Part shown: positions 7,722 to 17,080 of the stretch, one piece after another | Layout: each line of letters opens with the position of its first letter | Position numbering within the stretch: position 1 is the stretch's first letter | Source of the DNA: a virus | Lineage: Duplodnaviria; Caudoviricetes | Reading direction: 5' to 3' (one strand) | Length of the DNA: 47,790 bases | IMG/VR virus record: IMGVR_UViG_3300005512_000058 | Coordinates: 1 to 47,790 of that record | Notes under the pieces: generated by a model | Told to the model about the DNA's origin: nothing | The model's input: the letters and a program-made list of their open reading frames with translations, nothing else | Databases searched by the model: none | Program-made: the position numbers and the translations under genes

Positions 7722-8309
7722 ATGGCGAAGCGCAAGCGACCCACCCCTGACGAGGTCCTCGCCTACATCGAGTCCGAGGGCTGCTCTGGCGCCGACGCCG
7801 GGCGGCACTTCGGCATCCCTGTGCGCACAGCACAGCACCTTGCGCGCAAGGCTCGTAAGGCCCGAGCTGCCGCCTCGGCACCGGCCTCCACCACCGCCCC
7901 GAGCCCCAGCCGTAAGGCTGCGGGGAGGGGGGGAAAGGGGGGGAGGGGTATCGGGAGTGGGGGTTCCGGGGGAGAGGGAAAGGGGAGGGGAGCTGGCAAG
8001 CCCGCCCCCAAGCCCGCGGCTCCCAAAACGCGCGCGAGTCGGAGCAGCCGAGCCCGCCTCGAGCTCGACGACCTCTCACCCGACGCCAAGGCCGAGCTGC
8101 TGGAGGCTGTGACCATCCGCCTCCGCCACCTGGCCAGCGAGGAGAGCCTGGCCGACGGCAAGGCCGCCCAGGCCCAGGCCACGGTGCTCGGCATCCTCGT
8201 GGACAAGTGCCCATCGATCATGAAGCTCGTGGGTCAGGAGGAAACCGACGACCAGCGCGACGAGCGGGAGGCCAAGGTGGCCGCGGCCCTCGGGGTCGCC
8301 GAGGAGTAG
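7722..8309 (+). CDS. Putative terminase small subunit
   Basis: GGAGG RBS, N-terminal HTH (SGADAGRHFGIPVRT), and position directly upstream of TerL. Confidence 0.65.
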   Translation: MAKRKRPTPDEVLAYIESEGCSGADAGRHFGIPVRTAQHLARKARKARAAASAPASTTAPSPSRKAAGRGGKGGRGIGSGGSGGEGKGRGAGKPAPKPAAPKTRASRSSRARLELDDLSPDAKAELLEAVTIRLRHLASEESLADGKAAQAQATVLGILVDKCPSIMKLVGQEETDDQRDEREAKVAAALGVAEE

Positions 8310-8312
8310 CCC

Positions 8313-9986
8313 ATGGAGACCCCTGCCTGGCGAGCACGAGCCCGCCGGGTGGCGGACCTGGAGCCTGCCGCCTTCCTGGCCCGCTGGCGCTCTCTCCCGA
8401 GGACGGCCGACCAGGATGCCGCCATGCGGCTCCGGTGCCGCTACGACCTCGAGACGTTCTGTCGGTACTGCTGGCCGGATCGCTTTGATCTGCCCTTCAA
8501 CGAGTTCCACCTCGGCCTGTTCACACAGGCGGCCGAGACCATTCCCTGGTCAGAGGGCCGCCCCAAGCGCCGAGACGCGGTGGCCGCCCCTCGTGGCTAC
8601 GCCAAGTCCACCATTTCCACCTTCGCCGTCCTGGCTCACGCCATTGTCTACGGCCTGGACGAGTACCTCGTCATCATCTCCTCGGGCCAGCGGCTCGCTC
8701 GGGCGCTCTCCAAGGATCTCCGGGCTGCGTTCAGCGACCCGGCCGCGCCGCTGGCTCGCCTCTTCGGCCCCTTCGAGGTCACCGGAGGCGTGGACGAGTG
8801 GGAGGTCAGCGTCCGCGGAGCGCCCTCGGTGGGTGTGCTCGCGGCGAGCTTCAACACCGACGTCCGGGGCAGCAAGCACCCGACCAGGGGCATCCGCCCG
8901 ACGCGGGTGGTCATCGACGACGGTGAGAAGAAAGACCGGGTCCGCAACCCGGAGCAGCGTGGGATCTGGTGGTCCACGCTCACGAAGGACATCCTCAAGC
9001 TGGGCCCCCGCAACGGCGGGGACATCGTCGAGGTGCGAGGCACTATCCTCCACCCCGACTCCATGCTCGCCAACCTCATGGACCGCGCCGGCTGGAGCTC
9101 GCAGCTCTGGAAGGCCATCATCTCCTGGCCCGAGCGCACCGACCTCTGGGAGCGCTGCGGGCGCGTCTGGATGAACCTCCGCCTGGGTGACAGGCGTGAG
9201 GAGGCGGCTCGGGCGTTCTACGAGGCCAACCGGGCCGAGATGGACAAGGGCGTTGAGGTCCTGGATCCCGACGTCGATGACATCTACACGCTCTACACGC
9301 AGATCTGGACCGAGGGCCTGGCGTCGTTCCTGCAGGAGAAGCAGAACGACCCAATCGACCCCCAGGCCCAGATCTTCATTTCCGGGCGCTTCGCCCGATG
9401 CCGGGTCGAGCGGCTCCCCGACGGCTCCCACGTCATCGTGGCGGCCGACGGCACCCGCATCAAGGCCAGCGACTGCCGCGCCAGGGCCTACTGGGACCCC
9501 GCCACCGGCACCCCTGGCGGGGACTACGCGGTCATCGTGGTGGTGCTCCGAGACCAGTACGGCTACGGCTACGTGGTCGACGCCTGGATGCGCAAGGCCA
9601 AGGCCAGCGAGCAGTGCGAGGCCGCCTGGGTCCTCGCAGAGAAGTGGCGCCTGTCGACCATCATCCTGGAGAGCAACGGCTTCCAGGACCTGGTCGCCGA
9701 GCCCTGGCCGAGGGCCCGCAAGGCCCGCCGCGAGGCCGAGCAGTGGTGGCAGACCACCATCACCGAGCAGGCCACGACCTCCGACAAGGAAGCGCGCATC
9801 GCCAGTCTGGAGCCGGTCACCTCGGCCCACTGGATTCAGTTCGCCGAGCACCTCCCCCAGGTGCTCTTCCAGCAGTTCGACCAGTTCCCCACGGCCGACC
9901 ACGACGATGGGCCCGATGGGGTCCAGGCCGCGTGGGCGGCCAGTGGCGGAAGCCCCATCTCGATGGGTGAGGAGCGCATCAGATGA
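8313..9986 (+). CDS. terL: Terminase large subunit
   Basis: APRGYAKST (Walker A), VVIDDGE (Walker B), GTILH, YWDPA..DY and HDDGPD nuclease motifs. Confidence 0.93.
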   Translation: METPAWRARARRVADLEPAAFLARWRSLPRTADQDAAMRLRCRYDLETFCRYCWPDRFDLPFNEFHLGLFTQAAETIPWSEGRPKRRDAVAAPRGYAKSTISTFAVLAHAIVYGLDEYLVIISSGQRLARALSKDLRAAFSDPAAPLARLFGPFEVTGGVDEWEVSVRGAPSVGVLAASFNTDVRGSKHPTRGIRPTRVVIDDGEKKDRVRNPEQRGIWWSTLTKDILKLGPRNGGDIVEVRGTILHPDSMLANLMDRAGWSSQLWKAIISWPERTDLWERCGRVWMNLRLGDRREEAARAFYEANRAEMDKGVEVLDPDVDDIYTLYTQIWTEGLASFLQEKQNDPIDPQAQIFISGRFARCRVERLPDGSHVIVAADGTRIKASDCRARAYWDPATGTPGGDYAVIVVVLRDQYGYGYVVDAWMRKAKASEQCEAAWVLAEKWRLSTIILESNGFQDLVAEPWPRARKARREAEQWWQTTITEQATTSDKEARIASLEPVTSAHWIQFAEHLPQVLFQQFDQFPTADHDDGPDGVQAAWAASGGSPISMGEERIR

Positions 9987-11455
9987 GGGTCAAGCTCCTC
10001 AACCAGCAGCACCCGGCCCACGACGCCGAGCGCCTCCGCAGGCTCTCCGCCCTCAAGGCTGGCGGCCCCGAGTGGCGGGCTCTGCTCGAGGACTGGCTCC
10101 CCAAGCGGGCGGTCGAGCCCTCGGACGTGCACACCGAGCGCCACGCTCTGGCCCTGTACCAGAACCACGCCGGGCCCATGGTCAGCCTCATCGCCGCCAT
10201 GCTCTTCTCCGACGCCCCCTCCTGGGAGGGCCTCGAGGGCGACTACTGGGACGGCCTGGCCAACGACTGCGACGGCAAGGGCACGCCCTGGCGCCAGTGG
10301 TGGCGCGACCGCTTCGAGGACGCCCAGACCGGGCGCAAGAGCTTCGTGTGGGTCAACCTCCCCGCTCGGGGCGAGGACACCGTAGTGGCCTCCAGGGCCG
10401 ACGAGGAGCGGGCCGGCCTGCTCGACGCCTACCTGGTGGCCTTCACCGCCGACCAGGTCATCGACTGGGAGACCGACGCCCGCGGCCGTCTGCTCTGGCT
10501 CATCGCCCACGACGTCGTGGAGAGCCGCCCCGAGCTCGGCGCCGAGCGTGGCCGGGTTCACCGCTGGCGCTACATCGACGCCCAGGTGATCCGGGTGTTC
10601 GAGTGGCAGGCCACCAAGGACCGCCGCGACCCCGCAGACACCGACGACGCGCCCGAGGTCGCGGCCATCCCACACGGCTTCGGCCGGGTGCCCGTCGTGG
10701 CCCTGGCCCTGCCCGCCGGCCTGTGGACCATGGGCAAGCTCGAGGACGCCGCCGTGGGCGCCCTCCGGGCTCGCAATGAACACACGTGGGCGCTGCATCA
10801 GGCGGCCAACGAGCTGCTGGTCATCAAGAGCAAGTGGCAGGACGAGAAGATCGACCTCGGCCACGGGCACTATCTCAAACTCACCCGCGACAAGGACGGC
10901 GAGGACTCCGCCGAGTTCGCCGCTCCCACCGGGGTGGCCTTCCAGTACCTCCAGCAGGACGTGCAGGACACCAGGGAGGAGCTCTTCCGGGTGGTCCAGA
11001 GCATGGCCCTGGCGGCCGACTCCGACGCCCAGTCGGCTCGCCTGTCGGGCGAGAGCAAGGCCATGGACTGGCAGGCGCTGGAGATCGTCCTCGCCGCCTT
11101 CCAGGACATCGTCCTCGGCGCCATGAAGCAGGCCCTCAAGGTCATCGCCGGCGCCCGCCGCGAGGACACCACCAAGCTCACGCTCAAGGGCCTGGAGGGA
11201 TGGGCCACCGAGGACCTGGCGAGCTTCCTGGAGGCTGTGGCCATGGCCACCGACGCCCGGGCCATGTCGCCGACCTTCCGGCGCGTGGTCGCCAAGCGCG
11301 AGGCCGAGCGCCTGCTACAGGACGAGGTCTCTGCGGAGGAGATGCAAGCCATCCGCGACGAGATCGACGCCGCTCCGGATGTCGATCCGCTCTTCGGTTC
11401 CATGTCCGAGCCCGACGACGAGCAGGAGGACGAGGACGGACCTCCCCAGGAGTAG
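9983..11455 (+). CDS. Portal protein
   Basis: 490 aa directly after TerL; HGFGRVPVV and SGESK motifs resemble SPP1-type portals. Confidence 0.85.
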   Translation: MRVKLLNQQHPAHDAERLRRLSALKAGGPEWRALLEDWLPKRAVEPSDVHTERHALALYQNHAGPMVSLIAAMLFSDAPSWEGLEGDYWDGLANDCDGKGTPWRQWWRDRFEDAQTGRKSFVWVNLPARGEDTVVASRADEERAGLLDAYLVAFTADQVIDWETDARGRLLWLIAHDVVESRPELGAERGRVHRWRYIDAQVIRVFEWQATKDRRDPADTDDAPEVAAIPHGFGRVPVVALALPAGLWTMGKLEDAAVGALRARNEHTWALHQAANELLVIKSKWQDEKIDLGHGHYLKLTRDKDGEDSAEFAAPTGVAFQYLQQDVQDTREELFRVVQSMALAADSDAQSARLSGESKAMDWQALEIVLAAFQDIVLGAMKQALKVIAGARREDTTKLTLKGLEGWATEDLASFLEAVAMATDARAMSPTFRRVVAKREAERLLQDEVSAEEMQAIRDEIDAAPDVDPLFGSMSEPDDEQEDEDGPPQE

Positions 11456-11458
11456 CCC

Positions 11459-12409
11459 GTGCCCAAGCCTTCCCGCATCGACCGGCTCATCGACCGGCAG
11501 GGCGCAGCCCTCGACCGCCTCGACGACCGCGAGGCCCGGCGCTTCCTGCGTGCCTTCGAGGACGCCCGCCGCGAGCTCCGCGAGAAGCTCAGCGCCATGC
11601 AGGCCCTGGGCCTGGACGAGGCCACGCCCTACACGGCGCAGCACCTCCGGGTCACTCTGGCCCAGGTCGAGAGCAGCGTCCAGCAGCTCCAGCGACGGCT
11701 CCAGGCTGCCCTGGACGAGTCCCTCCGGGTCACCCAGGAGCGCGCCCTCCAGGACCTCATCGACGTCATCAAGCTCCAGGAGCCCGGCTTCGTGGACACA
11801 GGCCAGCGCCTGGAGATGGAGGCCATGCGCCGCCTCTCCGAGGACCGGGGCCTGCTCGTCCACCAGCACTCGGTCAGCCGCTACTCGGCCGAGATGATGG
11901 AGGCGATCCAGCGGGAGTTGATCGGCGGCCTCGCCACTGGGCAGACCGTCCGCCAGATCACCGACAGGCTCACGGGCATCAAGGGCAGCATCTTCGCCGA
12001 GCGCCGATGGAGAGCCGAGCTGGTGGCCAGGATGGAGCTGAACAGCGCCTACAACCGGAGCCACCTCATCGGCCTCCAGACCGCTCGGGACGTCCTCGAC
12101 GACCCCGACACCGACGATCCCCTCCTCAAGCGGGCCGACGAGTACCGGGACCTCCGCAACCACGCCATCAGCCGCGTCCTCCACGGGATGGTGGTGCCCA
12201 TCGACGAGCCCTTCAGGGTGCCCGCCGCCAAGGTCAAGGCCGAGCACGAGAAGCTCCAGGCCCAGCGCGTGGCCAAGGGACTCAAGCGCCGCCGCCTGAG
12301 TGGCATCACCTGGCGCCGCGACGGCGCCCACTACGTCGGCGCCCACATGCCGGCGCATTTCTGGGATCGGGGACGGATCGTGCCCCACCGCAAGAGCTGG
12401 GAGGACTGA
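11459..12409 (+). CDS. Head morphogenesis (MuF/SPP1 gp7-like) protein
   Basis: RAELVARMELNSAYN, LHGMVVPIDEPF and PAHFWDR; follows the portal. Confidence 0.8.
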   Translation: MPKPSRIDRLIDRQGAALDRLDDREARRFLRAFEDARRELREKLSAMQALGLDEATPYTAQHLRVTLAQVESSVQQLQRRLQAALDESLRVTQERALQDLIDVIKLQEPGFVDTGQRLEMEAMRRLSEDRGLLVHQHSVSRYSAEMMEAIQRELIGGLATGQTVRQITDRLTGIKGSIFAERRWRAELVARMELNSAYNRSHLIGLQTARDVLDDPDTDDPLLKRADEYRDLRNHAISRVLHGMVVPIDEPFRVPAAKVKAEHEKLQAQRVAKGLKRRRLSGITWRRDGAHYVGAHMPAHFWDRGRIVPHRKSWED

Positions 12410-12441
12410 CCTCCGCTCCACCACCTACCAGGAGAGACCCC

Positions 12442-13131
12442 ATGCCCCTCGACGACGCCGACAAGAAGGCGATCGGTGAGATGATCTCCGCCGCCCTCCA
12501 GAGCGACGCCACCTCTACCCTCGTGGCCGGCCAGGTCGGCGAGGCCCTCAAGGGCCTGAAGCTCGACGAGAAGGTCACCAAGGCCGTCGCCGACGCCGTG
12601 GCCGCCGCGTCCAACTCCGCCGAGGAGGAGGGCGACGACAAGGACAAGAAGAAGTCCAAGGCCGACAGCGCCCTTGAGCGCCGCCTGGCCAAGGTCCAGG
12701 AGGACCTCGACAACGAGCGCACGGCCCGCGAGCAGGCCGAGGCCGCCCGCAAGACGGACGCGCTGCACAACGCCGCCCGCGCCGAGCTCGCCAAGGCCGG
12801 CGTCCCCGCCGAGCGCATCCCCCACGCCATGGCCTACCTCCAGGTCCAGGGCCTGCTCGACTTCGCCGAGGGCGACGCCCCCGGCTTCAAGGGCAAGGAC
12901 CGCTACGGGTCCGAGACCGTCCTCCCCATGTCCGAGGGCGTCTCCGCCTGGGCCAAGACCGACGACGGCAAGGCCTACCTCCCTCCGTCCGGCGCCCAGG
13001 GCGATGGCCAGGGCAACGGCGGGGCCGGCAGCGGTCGACGCGACGCCAGCGCCCCCCGCAACGAGGACGGCTCGCTCAACACCGGCGCCCTCGCCAACCG
13101 CCTAGCGGCCAAGCTCCCCTCCCTCGTCTGA
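12442..13131 (+). CDS. Capsid scaffolding protein
   Basis: AGGAG RBS, charged coiled-coil, Gly-rich C-terminus, and position before the capsid gene. Confidence 0.7.
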   Translation: MPLDDADKKAIGEMISAALQSDATSTLVAGQVGEALKGLKLDEKVTKAVADAVAAASNSAEEEGDDKDKKKSKADSALERRLAKVQEDLDNERTAREQAEAARKTDALHNAARAELAKAGVPAERIPHAMAYLQVQGLLDFAEGDAPGFKGKDRYGSETVLPMSEGVSAWAKTDDGKAYLPPSGAQGDGQGNGGAGSGRRDASAPRNEDGSLNTGALANRLAAKLPSLV

Positions 13132-13183
13132 TTCACACCACCGGCCGATCCCGGCCGCCAACCCCCAGCACTAGGAGCCACCC

Positions 13184-14248
13184 ATGGCCGGTGCCCTGCT
13201 CTCCACCGTCTCGGCGGTGATGTCCGTCCTGTACGCGGATCAGCTGGCGGACCAGATCCGCCGCGACGTCCTCCTCCCCAACCTCCTCGAGGTCGCCAAC
13301 GACCGGAACAGCGCCTGCAACTGGCGCGTGAAGTTCTCCGGTCGCGACACCGCCGCCGCCAAGGCCGAGGGGCACGAGGTCGACCGCTCCGCCGACTTCT
13401 CCACCCACATCCGCAAGCAGGCCACCCTGGCCTGGGCCGAGTACTTCGCCTACGCGCGGGTCTCCGGTCTCGGCGAGGCCACCCAGCAGGCCAGCGAGGG
13501 GCAGAGCCTCTTCGCCGAGGAGCTGGTGGACGCCGTCGACGAGCTGGCAGTGCTCATCTCCAGCGACACCTACGTCGGCCAAGTGGGCGCCTCCCCCGCC
13601 GAGCTCGAGGGCCTCACCGACGCCGTCGACTCCACCGGCACCTACGCCGGCCTGGCGCAGGCGACCTACAGCGAGTGGGCCTCCGGTGAGCAGACCCTGG
13701 CCGCGGCCAGCCTCTCCCTGGACAACCTCCGCACCAAGCTGCACCGCACCTTCAAGGACGCGTGCGGCATGTGGCCCGAGTTCGTGGTCTGCCCCGGTGC
13801 CCAGTGGGACGCCGTGTGCGCGCTCTACAACGACCAGACCCGCCAGATGGTGGACGTGGTCACGACCCAGGCCCGCGGCCAGGTCAACCTCAAGGCGGCC
13901 GGTGGCTTCCGCGCCGTGATGGTCGACGGCATCCCCTACATCGAGGATCGCCACTGCACCGCCTCCACCTTCTACGCCCTGCACAGCTCCGCGCTGTCCT
14001 ACCGCCAGGTGCCCGCGCTCCCGGTCGGCATGGACATCCACGACCTCGGCAAGGCCATCAAGGACCTCGTGGGCGTCACCCTCGAGCCCGGCGAGATCGA
14101 GCAGATGCTCGTCCGCGGTGGCCAGCGCCTCCAGCCCTACATCAAGCTGCTCGGCGCCGACGGCGACAACACCGACGCCATGGTCAAGTGGTACGGCCAG
14201 CTCCGGCTCAAGTACCGCAACCGCGCGGCCAAGCTCACTCTCACCTGA
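13184..14248 (+). CDS. Major capsid protein
   Basis: 354 aa after the scaffold, AGGAG RBS, ELEGL and DGIPYIEDRHC motifs, and very strong codon bias. Confidence 0.85.
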   Translation: MAGALLSTVSAVMSVLYADQLADQIRRDVLLPNLLEVANDRNSACNWRVKFSGRDTAAAKAEGHEVDRSADFSTHIRKQATLAWAEYFAYARVSGLGEATQQASEGQSLFAEELVDAVDELAVLISSDTYVGQVGASPAELEGLTDAVDSTGTYAGLAQATYSEWASGEQTLAAASLSLDNLRTKLHRTFKDACGMWPEFVVCPGAQWDAVCALYNDQTRQMVDVVTTQARGQVNLKAAGGFRAVMVDGIPYIEDRHCTASTFYALHSSALSYRQVPALPVGMDIHDLGKAIKDLVGVTLEPGEIEQMLVRGGQRLQPYIKLLGADGDNTDAMVKWYGQLRLKYRNRAAKLTLT

Positions 14249-14328
14249 TGAGGTCTGGGGCTCGGGTGGGCTGATGCCTGCCCGGGCCTGGCCCCACCTC
14301 CACCCCACACCCTCATCAGGAGACCCTC

Positions 14329-15387
14329 ATGGGAACCCAGCGCAAGACCGGCGGACGTGCCGAGCTCGACGCCCTGTGGACGCAGGTCAACGCCCTCGTG
14401 GCGGATGCCACCGCGATCCGCACCGCGCTCCTGCTCGCCATGGATGTCGGCAACACCAAGCTCCTCGGCCTCGACGACATCACGGCCACCGTGACCGATC
14501 TCGGCGCGCTCCGCGCGGCCATCCTGGCCCACGTGGCTCGCTACGAGAACGAGGCCAAGGCCAACCCCGGCCTGGCCGACGGCACCACCGACGGCAAGAT
14601 CCAGAACGCCAACGCAATCTCCTTCGCCATCGACGGCGCCCTGTACACCAAGGCCGCCACCGACGACCTGTGGGACCTGTCGGGCGAGACGGACACGGCC
14701 GCCGACAAGTACCGCGCCTACTGGCTCTACCTCGACAGCTCCGGCACCGCGACCGTGGCCGACGGCACTGACGAGGACTCCGAGGCCGACGCCATCGCCG
14801 CCCTGCCCGCGCTCGCCGCGAGCAAGAGCGTGGCGGGTGTCTACGTCGCCGGCCTGAGCTGCGACTTCGACGGGGCCGCCGGCCTCGCCGCCCAGGGCAC
14901 CATCGTCGACGGCTGGCCCGCCGCCCTCTCCGACCCCTCCGCCGTGACCACCTCGGCCACGGTCGGGATCGCCGACGGCTCCACCGCGGGCGCCATCCAG
15001 ACGCTCTCCGACGTGGTCTACAGCATCGCCGGTCGCATCTACCGCAAGGCGCAGGCTGACGACCTCTGGGACCTCTCCGGGGAGACCGACACCGCCGCGC
15101 TCAAGTACCGGGCCTATCGCCTGTACCTGGACGCCAGCGGCACGGCCTCCTTCGAGGCCCAGGACGGCGATGACTCCGACAGCGCGGCCACTGCCCTCAC
15201 CGCTCTCGCCGCCACGGCCGAGACCGCCACCAAGTGCCCCGTCGGCATCTTCGTGGCCGGTCCCGAGACCGACTTCGACGATCCGGGCGGGCTCGACGCC
15301 CAGGGCGACTACTACAACGGCCGCGAGTCGGGCCTGTCCGACCCCGCCGCGCTCACCTCCAGCACCACCACGCTCATCCACGCGTGA
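14329..15387 (+). CDS. Putative head decoration/fibre protein with two internal repeat domains
   Basis: Follows the capsid gene; DDLWDLSGETDTAAxKYRAYxLYLDxSGTA occurs twice. Confidence 0.6.
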   Translation: MGTQRKTGGRAELDALWTQVNALVADATAIRTALLLAMDVGNTKLLGLDDITATVTDLGALRAAILAHVARYENEAKANPGLADGTTDGKIQNANAISFAIDGALYTKAATDDLWDLSGETDTAADKYRAYWLYLDSSGTATVADGTDEDSEADAIAALPALAASKSVAGVYVAGLSCDFDGAAGLAAQGTIVDGWPAALSDPSAVTTSATVGIADGSTAGAIQTLSDVVYSIAGRIYRKAQADDLWDLSGETDTAALKYRAYRLYLDASGTASFEAQDGDDSDSAATALTALAATAETATKCPVGIFVAGPETDFDDPGGLDAQGDYYNGRESGLSDPAALTSSTTTLIHA

Positions 15388-15507
15388 CGGCGCTCGGAGT
15401 CTGACCTCTGGCCCTGCCCTCTGGCGGGGCCTCTATCGCACCACTTCTGGGGCGGTGTCGTCGTCCTCTGATGGCGGCACTGCCTCTCACCTCTCCCGGG
15501 AGCCCCT

Positions 15508-15870
15508 ATGGCCCTCACCGACACCCAGAAGGCCAGCGCCCGGCTCTACCTGGGCTACTCGGACCGCTACCGGGACGACCACCAGCTCGAGGACGCTCTC
15601 GACAACCTCACCGACGAGGGCGAGACCGTGGTGGGCGACCTGCTCACCTCCCTCGGGACCATCGACACCACGCTCACCTCCTCCTGGAGCCGCCAGAAGG
15701 TCCTCCGGGCGGAGGAGATCACCCTGGCCGGTGCCGGCGAGCTCCGCGCCCTCCGGGCCGAGGGTCGCCGCCTCGTGCGCCGCCTGGCCGCGACCCTGGG
15801 CGTGCCCGTGGTCGCCGATGCCTTCGGCGGGGGCGGATCCACCTCGGGCGTGGCCCGCAGAGGAGCCTGA
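15508..15870 (+). CDS. Putative head-tail adaptor
   Basis: MALTDTQKASARLYLGY start and synteny. Confidence 0.6.
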   Translation: MALTDTQKASARLYLGYSDRYRDDHQLEDALDNLTDEGETVVGDLLTSLGTIDTTLTSSWSRQKVLRAEEITLAGAGELRALRAEGRRLVRRLAATLGVPVVADAFGGGGSTSGVARRGA

Positions 15871-15872
15871 TC

Positions 15873-16274
15873 ATGGCCACGAGCAAGATCGACGACTTCG
15901 CGGACCTCCTCGGAGGCATGCCCGACGAGCAGGTGGCCGACCTGGCCGACGTGGCTGTGAGTACCGTCAAGCGCTGGCGGGCCAAGCTCGACATCGCCCC
16001 CTACGAGGTGTCCGAGCAGGACGATCCGCTCCCTCCCGGCCTCGCCGAGGGCCCTCCGACCGAGGACAGTCTCGACGCCGAGCGGGAGCCCGAGCCCGTC
16101 CCTGCGCCCCCCTGCGTCAAGGTCACCGCCAAGCGGCGGGTGGCCTCCTGGCCGTTCGGCTGGGCTCCCAACGTGCCCCACCACCTCGGCCGCGGTGACG
16201 TCTACAGCGGCGAGCGGGCCGCCTGGCTGTGGGAGCACCACCGCGACATCTGTGTCCCCTTCCCGCCCGCGTAG
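15873..16274 (+). CDS. Hypothetical protein with N-terminal HTH-like motif
   Basis: AGGAG RBS; GMPDEQVADLADVAVSTVKRWRAKLDI. Confidence 0.6.
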   Translation: MATSKIDDFADLLGGMPDEQVADLADVAVSTVKRWRAKLDIAPYEVSEQDDPLPPGLAEGPPTEDSLDAEREPEPVPAPPCVKVTAKRRVASWPFGWAPNVPHHLGRGDVYSGERAAWLWEHHRDICVPFPPA

Positions 16275-16341
16275 CTCACCCGGTAGAGCACTGGTTTCGT
16301 ACTCCAGAGGCAGGTGGGTTCGAGTCCCCCCGCGGGCTCCA
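16265..16341 (+). tRNA. tRNA-Thr(CGT)
   Basis: Acceptor stem GCCCGCG/CGCGGGC, D-arm GCTC..GGTA..GAGC, anticodon loop TT-CGT-AC, T-loop TTCGAGT and an encoded CCA. There is one mismatch in each of the anticodon and T stems. Confidence 0.85.
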
Positions 16342-16356
16342 CCTCCGAGGTAGGCC

Positions 16357-16785
16357 ATGACCCTCCGCGACGACCTCCAGCCCGTCATCGACGACGCCCG
16401 GGGCCTCGTGGAGGACCTGGGCCTGCGCTCCTACACGGTCACCGTGCGCACCCGCACCTGGACCGGGGCCGCTCCCGGCCTGGGCACGTCCTCCGACGTG
16501 GACCTCGTCCTGGACCCCGCCCCCAAGGTCCGCGAGCCCACAGCCCGGCACCTCTTCGCCGAGCCAGGCCGCTACCAGAAGGGCGACATCGTCGTCTCCC
16601 GCATCAGCCGGGACTACACCGAGGCGCAGCTCACCGGGGGCACGCTCACGGCAGCCCAGGAGGTCTTCTGGGTCGTCGACCAGGGGGGCAGCTCCCAGGT
16701 CTACGCCGTGGTGGGGCAGCCGGAGAAGCGCAACTTCGAGTGGAGGGTCCACCTCCGCGCCAAGGCCCGCAAGCGCGGGTCCTGA
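16357..16785 (+). CDS. Putative head closure/stopper protein
   Basis: GAGG RBS, size and synteny. Confidence 0.6.
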   Translation: MTLRDDLQPVIDDARGLVEDLGLRSYTVTVRTRTWTGAAPGLGTSSDVDLVLDPAPKVREPTARHLFAEPGRYQKGDIVVSRISRDYTEAQLTGGTLTAAQEVFWVVDQGGSSQVYAVVGQPEKRNFEWRVHLRAKARKRGS

Positions 16786-17080
16786 CATCCTCTCTGCGAG
16801 ACGGGCCGACCAGCAGATCAGAGCAGGCGCCGCACGCTGGACGCAACCCTGCCGCCCAGACTCGCACCGAATCTCCCTGGCGAGGGTCGAGCCGCATTGA
16901 GCCCGTACCCAGGGAGACGGCCCGGGCCAGTGGCGGCCGTGACTGCCCGGGCCACCCACCCCCTCCGCTCTGGAGTCCGCGTGGAGTTCTGCCTCACTCT
17001 GGATGCCCTCTCCCCTCCAGACGGCGGGCTCCCCGCGGCTCCTCCCACCCCCAGGGCCATCCCCCTCCTCGAGGTCATCC
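16786..17080. ncRNA. Candidate structured non-coding region
   Basis: A 295-bp gap in a tightly packed operon containing four consecutive inverted repeats. Confidence 0.35.

Noticed and set aside
14245-14320. Hammerhead ribozyme (CTGATGAG core; also near 20173)
   Set aside because: There is no downstream GAAA core element; CTGATGA here is a double stop codon.
16265-16341. tRNA as an attP integration site
   Set aside because: No integrase was recognised, and integration here would split the structural operon.
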